A DNA stretch of 64,000 bases from a candidate division FCPU426 bacterium (GTDB lineage Bacteria > Oederibacteriota > PGYV01 > Palsa-1178): the NCBI GenBank assembly GCA_963840035.1, contig CAWIXE010000002.1:1568001-1632000 (forward strand), written 5' to 3'. The stretch's first letter is position 1, and every line of letters begins with the position of its first letter. Positions 58,792 to 64,000 of the stretch are shown here, one piece after another. The translations under genes and the position numbers were made by a program. Below the pieces are notes generated by a model. The model saw nothing but the letters and a program-made list of their open reading frames with translations, searched no databases and had not been told where the DNA came from.

Positions 58792-59436
58792 CTACAGTTT
58801 GAAGAGTTCTGCCTGGCCGCCTTTGATTTCCTTTTTCGGAGCCACTTTGCCTTTTTCGCCCTTTTCCGCCTTTACAAGCTGGTCGCCTTTTACAATGGCG
58901 TGCATCTTCGAATCACGCACTTTACCTGAAAAGGTCACAATGCTTTTCCTCAGTATTCCTTCATATTTCATCCCCGCTTTTACCAGGACCTTTGCGGAAG
59001 CCTTATTTTCAACATCACAATATGCCTCAACCCTGTTCGCGTCGAGTTCCTTAAAGGCAAATTCCACGATTTTAATTACGGCTTCAGTAGTCAGCCCCTG
59101 GTTCCAGTAGTATGGCGAAATCGCGTAGCCCAGCGTGGCGCATTTGTCCTGGCCGTTGAATTCCTCTATACCCGCGGTTCCGATCATCTTTTTATCTTTT
59201 TTATGCGATATCGCCCATGATACCGGGAGGCCTTTCTTCATACGCGAGACGGCAAACGCCAGGAATTTTTTTGTTTCTTTTACGGACCTGTGAAAGTCCC
59301 AGATCGTGTATTGAGTGACTTCAGGCCGCGAGGCGTATTCAAACATCTCATCAGCGTCGGTTAACTTCAAAGGCCTTAAAATAAGACGCTTTGTCTCAAG
59401 CTTGGGAAGGTGTTTAAATATCTTTTCTGTTGTCAT
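58792..59436 (-). CDS. RimJ/RimL-family GNAT acetyltransferase
   Basis: LETKRLILR, LGYAISPYYWNQGLTTEA, N.ASAKVL.KAGM.YEG. Confidence 0.92.
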   Translation of the reverse strand: MTTEKIFKHLPKLETKRLILRPLKLTDADEMFEYASRPEVTQYTIWDFHRSVKETKKFLAFAVSRMKKGLPVSWAISHKKDKKMIGTAGIEEFNGQDKCATLGYAISPYYWNQGLTTEAVIKIVEFAFKELDANRVEAYCDVENKASAKVLVKAGMKYEGILRKSIVTFSGKVRDSKMHAIVKGDQLVKAEKGEKGKVAPKKEIKGGQAELFKL

Positions 59437-59557
59437 ATAAAACCTCCATTAATTTCTTATTCCTGATTTCCGATTCAACGACAGACCGCCTTACGCAACC
59501 TGAAGGTTGCGGCTGCCAACATCAGTCCGCCACCCACCACTCACTACCCACCACCCA

Positions 59558-60196
59558 CTACTCTTCCCCTTCTGTTTCCATATCCAGCCTTTTAAAAAAC
59601 GCCTCCATATAATCATGCCGTTTTTTTGCCAGCCTTTTTCCCTCTTTTGTCAGCATCCTTGACCTTACATGCCTTAACTTTACCATATATTCCCTGTACG
59701 CGGTGTCTTCCTCCGTATACGGTTTTGTTTTTGATATGTCAACGCCCTTATTGTGAAGCTTCGCGCCGACTTCACCCGCGAAGAGAAACGCCCTGCCTAT
59801 ACCCACCGCGCCTATGGAATCCAGTTTGTCGGCGTCAAACAATACTTTAGCCTCCGGTGACTTTGGTCTTAATTTTCCCCTGAACCTATGGGTCTCAATA
59901 CAGTGGCATACCTGCGCTGTTTTATCACTACTTAAGCCAAGGCTTATTAAGATACCGAAGGCCATTTTACCGCCTTCCAGGGCGTGGTCAATCTTACCTC
60001 CGGATTTATCCTCAATACCGCGGGCGATGTCGTGAAGGTACGCGGCTATGCTAACTATTTCAGCCTGAACTTTTTCTTTTTTTGCGATATGAACCGCGAG
60101 CTTATACACCCTGCCGGTATGCTCCCAATCATGCGAGCCTTTTGAAGAACCATGTATATGCATCGCTTCTTTTTTAACTTTTTCAAGTATCCCCAT
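59558..60196 (-). CDS. HD-domain phosphohydrolase
   Basis: SHDWEHTGRV, LHDIAR, H, DADKLDSIGAVGI; GGAGG SD before ATG 60196. Confidence 0.9.
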   Translation of the reverse strand: MGILEKVKKEAMHIHGSSKGSHDWEHTGRVYKLAVHIAKKEKVQAEIVSIAAYLHDIARGIEDKSGGKIDHALEGGKMAFGILISLGLSSDKTAQVCHCIETHRFRGKLRPKSPEAKVLFDADKLDSIGAVGIGRAFLFAGEVGAKLHNKGVDISKTKPYTEEDTAYREYMVKLRHVRSRMLTKEGKRLAKKRHDYMEAFFKRLDMETEGEE

Positions 60197-60357
60197 ATTG
60201 CCTCCATTAAATAGTAAAGGGCGGGTTTTCACCCGCCCAGCATTATAATATTTCAATTAACAATTTACAATTAAGAATTATTGAGCGCTGTTGCGCTTTT
60301 TATTATAATATTGCAAGGGCCGACGTTTTACCGGCCCGCAGCAATTTGCCCTTAGCC

Positions 60358-60918
60358 CTACAAAGCCCACTCTATTTCATATCTTGTATGCGCGTCCCTG
60401 TTAAGCAGCGACTTAGCCACCTTAATTTCAACCTTTTTACACCCGCATATTTCCAGGGCTGCTTCCATCCATCCCGCTATCCTGTGCTCAATGACTTCAC
60501 TGTATTCTTCAAATTCGGTTATATAAACAACAAACTTGTTCTTCTCCGCTTCCTCGCCTTTCATTGAACTGGGTTTATAATATGTGGGGAGTATTGTGCC
60601 TGCTTTACCCAGGATAAACTGCGGCGATCCGAGTTTTACAAAAAGTTTATAGATCCCGCGCAGGCCGTGCTCCGCGCTGTGGCGGCCCACATCACGGTAG
60701 GCTTTTTTGTCGCCATTGTAAAGGACCCTGGCTATCTGAATGCATGGTTCTGTAAGCATCATTTTAAGGTCATACCACTGATTTGTAAGAATCGCCCCGC
60801 CGTACAGGTTCTTTGCAGCCGGAGAAAGCGACGCTATCCACTTCGCCAGGCCCGGTTCCCCGAACTTTGACTTAACAAATTCCCTGGTCGCCATTATAGC
60901 AGTGCCTTTTACATCCAT
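60358..60918 (-). CDS. Hypothetical protein (DUF2378/V4R-like fold)
   Basis: VKGTA...FG..G..W, WY, GWMEAALEICG pattern; GGAGG SD. Confidence 0.6.
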   Translation of the reverse strand: MDVKGTAIMATREFVKSKFGEPGLAKWIASLSPAAKNLYGGAILTNQWYDLKMMLTEPCIQIARVLYNGDKKAYRDVGRHSAEHGLRGIYKLFVKLGSPQFILGKAGTILPTYYKPSSMKGEEAEKNKFVVYITEFEEYSEVIEHRIAGWMEAALEICGCKKVEIKVAKSLLNRDAHTRYEIEWAL

Positions 60919-61011
60919 GATAATACCTCCGTTTAGATAATGTATCCCCTAATGTAAATATTATACATTATATAAACGCAATATCAAGTTTTATCCGACC
61001 GGAATTCGGTT

Positions 61012-61416
61012 TTACGCGAAAAAGTATTTTTTCATAGGCTTAAAATAGTAATCAACCCAGCCTTTTTTATACCCGGCCGCCTGGCCGTCCGGGATGTTTG
61101 TATGCGTAATAGATACCAGTGTCCCTCCTTTTGCCTTTCTAAACGTAACAACAAGTTTTGAATCCGCCGCGTCTTCAGGAAATTCAGTGGTTCTCCACGC
61201 CTGGACAATTTTTTTACCCGGAACCATTTCCAGGTTTGTGCCGGTTATATATTTGTCCCATGCCGAGAATTTTGCCCCGGCTTTTGCAGTGCCTGACGCG
61301 CCTGCTCCTGTCATTTTCGAGTGTTTTTTTCCGTCAAGCCAGGAAGCGTAAATTTCACCGGGTTCTGCCGGGATGATATCTTTTACCACGCATTTTTCAG
61401 CCATTTTACCCTCCAC
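61012..61416 (-). CDS. SRPBCC/AHSA1-domain protein
   Basis: IYASWLD..HSKMTG, PGKKIVQAWR, GWVDYY. Confidence 0.88.
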   Translation of the reverse strand: MEGKMAEKCVVKDIIPAEPGEIYASWLDGKKHSKMTGAGASGTAKAGAKFSAWDKYITGTNLEMVPGKKIVQAWRTTEFPEDAADSKLVVTFRKAKGGTLVSITHTNIPDGQAAGYKKGWVDYYFKPMKKYFFA

Positions 61417-61420
61417 ATTT

Positions 61421-62575
61421 TTAAAAAACTTTTTCTCCGGCTTTATAAACCATTAAAACCTTCAGCCCGGGGTCAAATACCGTAAAATCAGCCAGCGCCC
61501 CGGTTTTTATGACGCCGATATCCCCGCGTTTCAGGACTGCCGCCGGGTTTGATGTAACCATCCTTAATACTTCCGTCTTTTTTGCGCCCGTCCACTTCAT
61601 ATAATTCCTGCACATTTGCGGCAGAGTGACAGCGCTCCCTATGAGCCTGCCTTCCTTAAAATACGCCGCGCTGTTTTTTATGAAATACGCGCCAATTACC
61701 TTATCATGGTAACTTCCGTCCGCTGCGCCCAGCTCAGGCACGGAATCGGTTATCAGCACGATCCTCCCGCTGCCTATGTCCTTATGCGCGGTTTTAATTA
61801 CATCCTGAGGGACATGGCTTCCGTCAGCGATAATTTCAACACTGGTGATTTTTGATTCAACTATGGCCCGATACGGGCCCGTCACCCCGTGAAGTGATTT
61901 GTCCATTGCATTAAAAAGATGGGTTACATGAACGACTCCTGCCTTCAGTATTGCTTTTGCCTGCTTATACCCCGCAAGCGTGTGCCCAAAGGCGGCTATG
62001 ACCTTGCTTCCGGCTGCTTTTTTTACGATACGCATGGCCCCGGGCAATTCCGGGGCTATGGTCATGATCTTCAGGATTCCCGGTATTTTTAAAATTTCAC
62101 CGGCAACCGCTCCCGGTTTTAAGACATATTTACTGTCAATCATTCCTCTTTTTTGAGTATTTATAAACGGCCCTTCCAGGTAACAGCCCGCAGGCACGGC
62201 GCGCAGCCCCTGCCTTTTTATAAATTTTTTCAACGATGAAGCCCTGTTTAAAAATGTTTCGTCGTAAAACGAAGTTAAAAGCACAGTGGTTACTCCGGTT
62301 TTCAAGTATGCTTTTGAGATTTTTGAGAATTGCGCGGGGGTTAAAGCTTTCATGGTATTTATGCCGGCGGCGCCGTGGGTATGTAAATCAATGAGACCCG
62401 GTGAAAGCAGCGCGCCCTTTAGGTCATGTATCACAACTCCGCGGAAATCCCGCAGGCACGCGCTGCCACGGGCTATTTTTTTTATTATTCCATTTTCAGA
62501 ATAGACATAACCGGTTCCGAGAAGATTAATGCCGTTGAATATGCCGGTGTTAACTAAAAGCAGCTTGCTTCCCAC
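61421..62575 (-). CDS. nagA: N-acetylglucosamine-6-phosphate deacetylase (likely GTG start at 62575)
   Basis: PGLIDLHTHG, LEGPF, TIAPE, GHT, THLFNAM, IADGSH, LITDS. Confidence 0.88.
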   Translation of the reverse strand: MGSKLLLVNTGIFNGINLLGTGYVYSENGIIKKIARGSACLRDFRGVVIHDLKGALLSPGLIDLHTHGAAGINTMKALTPAQFSKISKAYLKTGVTTVLLTSFYDETFLNRASSLKKFIKRQGLRAVPAGCYLEGPFINTQKRGMIDSKYVLKPGAVAGEILKIPGILKIMTIAPELPGAMRIVKKAAGSKVIAAFGHTLAGYKQAKAILKAGVVHVTHLFNAMDKSLHGVTGPYRAIVESKITSVEIIADGSHVPQDVIKTAHKDIGSGRIVLITDSVPELGAADGSYHDKVIGAYFIKNSAAYFKEGRLIGSAVTLPQMCRNYMKWTGAKKTEVLRMVTSNPAAVLKRGDIGVIKTGALADFTVFDPGLKVLMVYKAGEKVF

Positions 62576-62585
62576 ACCACACCCG

Positions 62586-62951
62586 TCAGTCCTGGCCAAC
62601 CAGCCATTCTTTTGCCTCATCAACAGAATTTTTAGCGATTAAGTTCTTACGGCCAGTGAATTTGATAATGGCCGACATAATTATTCCTTTTACTCCTTCG
62701 ACGCCGACAACCGCAGTCATTTTCATAAATGGTTTATTGTGCTCGGAAAACGCCTTAAGTGAATCCGCAAGCTGTTTGTCAAAACTCGATTTGCTTACAT
62801 CGACAAGCCCGAGGATAGAAAGCGGAGGCTGCTGATCTATGACCTTTGCGGCTTCTTCGATTGCCTTTAATACGTCCTCTATCTGCGAATATGAAAAATC
62901 CATCAGAAAAATCTTTTTCCCCTTATGTTCGATGAATTTGCATGAAGCCAT
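62586..62951 (-). CDS. Hypothetical protein (STAS/SEC14-like)
   Basis: FIEHKGKKIFLMDFS...AVVGVEG...EAKEWL; AGGAGG SD. Confidence 0.65.
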   Translation of the reverse strand: MASCKFIEHKGKKIFLMDFSYSQIEDVLKAIEEAAKVIDQQPPLSILGLVDVSKSSFDKQLADSLKAFSEHNKPFMKMTAVVGVEGVKGIIMSAIIKFTGRKNLIAKNSVDEAKEWLVGQD

Positions 62952-62968
62952 AGCCGCCTCCTTATGAT

Positions 62969-63397
62969 TTATACTATCGCCACGAGCTGAATTTCAAAAG
63001 TAAGGTCTTTACCGGCCAGCGGGTGGTTTCCGTCGAGGGTTACCTTAGTTTCCGTCACATCGACCACCGACACCATCATGGGCACGCCGTCAGGAGTCAT
63101 TAACTGGAGCATGAGCCCTTTTTCAGGTTTTATGTGAGGCGGTATCTCAGCCTTTTCCACGCTGATTATATTCTCTTCCATTTTTGGGCCGTATGCTTCG
63201 GCAGAAACTATTTTTACCGTTTTTTTATCACCTGCGTTTAATCCCACAACCGCGGCTTCAAAACCGGGGATTATCATTCCGGCGCCAAGCGTGAATTCCA
63301 GCGGGTCTTTTCCTTCCGATGTATCAAAAACACTTCCGTCATCAAGGGTACCCTTGTAATGAACTTTTACTTTATCGCCGTTTTTTGCCTGCGCCAC
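62969..63397 (-). CDS. FKBP-type peptidyl-prolyl isomerase (SlyD/SlpA-like, no His-rich tail)
   Basis: VKVHYKGTLDDGSVFDTS, IPGFE, EAYG, DGNHPLAGKDLTF. Confidence 0.93.
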   Translation of the reverse strand: MAQAKNGDKVKVHYKGTLDDGSVFDTSEGKDPLEFTLGAGMIIPGFEAAVVGLNAGDKKTVKIVSAEAYGPKMEENIISVEKAEIPPHIKPEKGLMLQLMTPDGVPMMVSVVDVTETKVTLDGNHPLAGKDLTFEIQLVAIV

Positions 63398-63459
63398 GAA
63401 TGGCCTCCTTTTTTGCCCGTATATTGACCGGGAGTCAAATTATAGCATGACTTATGGCA

Positions 63460-63590
63460 AGTTTAAAGTTTAAAATTGAAAACTTAAAGTTGAGTCATAA
63501 AAACCCACTTGTTTAAATAAAACGTTGTAATATAATAAATTACGGCACACGCACAGCTTTAATTTTAAAATTTCAACTTTAAATTTTAAG
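63460..63590. repeat. Inverted heptamer array (TTTAAAG / CTTTAAA family) around a probable promoter region
   Basis: AGTTTAA AGTTTAA AATTGAA AACTTAA AGTTGAG ... CTTTAAT TTTAAAA TTTCAAC TTTAAAT. Confidence 0.7.
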
Positions 63591-63609
63591 TTGCCTTCCC
63601 GGGGGTCCC

Positions 63610-64000
63610 ATGAAATGCACAGCCTGCAAAAAAAATGATTTAAAACAGGTCCTGACAAAGAACGGCGTAATGATAGATTACTGCCCAGCCTGCAGGGGCA
63701 TATGGCTGGATAAAGGCGAAATATATTATTTCACCTCCAAGCCGGAACTGCTGAAAAACGAGATTTCTTCCGCGCTTGGCAGGTCAAAGCCGTCACTGCG
63801 TTTAAACCCGAAAACCGGCGATACCCTCGTGGAACTTGCCCTGTTCTCGGGAAACCTTGTCATAGATTATTGCGCCAAAAGCGGCGGCATATGGCTTGAT
63901 GCCGGCGAACTTGAGGCCATCTCCTCCATGTCAGGCACGGGAATCTCGATAAAAATTGACAGGCCTTCCGCGGAAACTGATGAAAACAGCGGGAAAAAGG
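63610..64000 (+). CDS. zf-TFIIB-domain protein (two repeats, second degenerate); runs off the window
   Basis: Hand translation: MKCTACKK...IDYCPACRGIWLDKGE ... IDYCAKSGGIWLDAGEL; no stop to window end. Confidence 0.8.
   Translation, partial: MKCTACKKNDLKQVLTKNGVMIDYCPACRGIWLDKGEIYYFTSKPELLKNEISSALGRSKPSLRLNPKTGDTLVELALFSGNLVIDYCAKSGGIWLDAGELEAISSMSGTGISIKIDRPSAETDENSGKK

Overview
Bacterial chromosomal window, mostly minus-strand genes; the gene content suggests an anaerobe, but I cannot assign the taxon. It carries housekeeping clusters (2-oxoacid:ferredoxin oxidoreductase, rpsF-ssb-rpsR-DUF2232-rplI-dnaB-alr-ruvCAB, MrfB/MrfA-type repair pair) and many signalling genes (2 GGDEF, HD-GYP, a giant PAS/GAF kinase split by a frameshift, Rcp1-like receivers). 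An IS30 has a 15-bp target duplication. The most unusual region is a ~6 kb island (about 27800-33810). It holds an operon with two different DDE transposases (IS481-like, plus an IS3-like OrfA/OrfB joined by an A9 -1 slip site), an RHH regulator and two transposon-like ends that face away from each other around AT-rich cargo. The island is bracketed by a diverged 53-bp copy of mrfA coding sequence. Other notable items: a 1846-aa signal-peptide-less repeat protein with a HicB-like N-terminus, a window-wide set of heptamer arrays at gene junctions (one expanded to 45 perfect 14-mers), and several REP-like palindrome families. No rRNA, tRNA or CRISPR array was recognised. All calls come from reading the sequence by eye, with no database searches.
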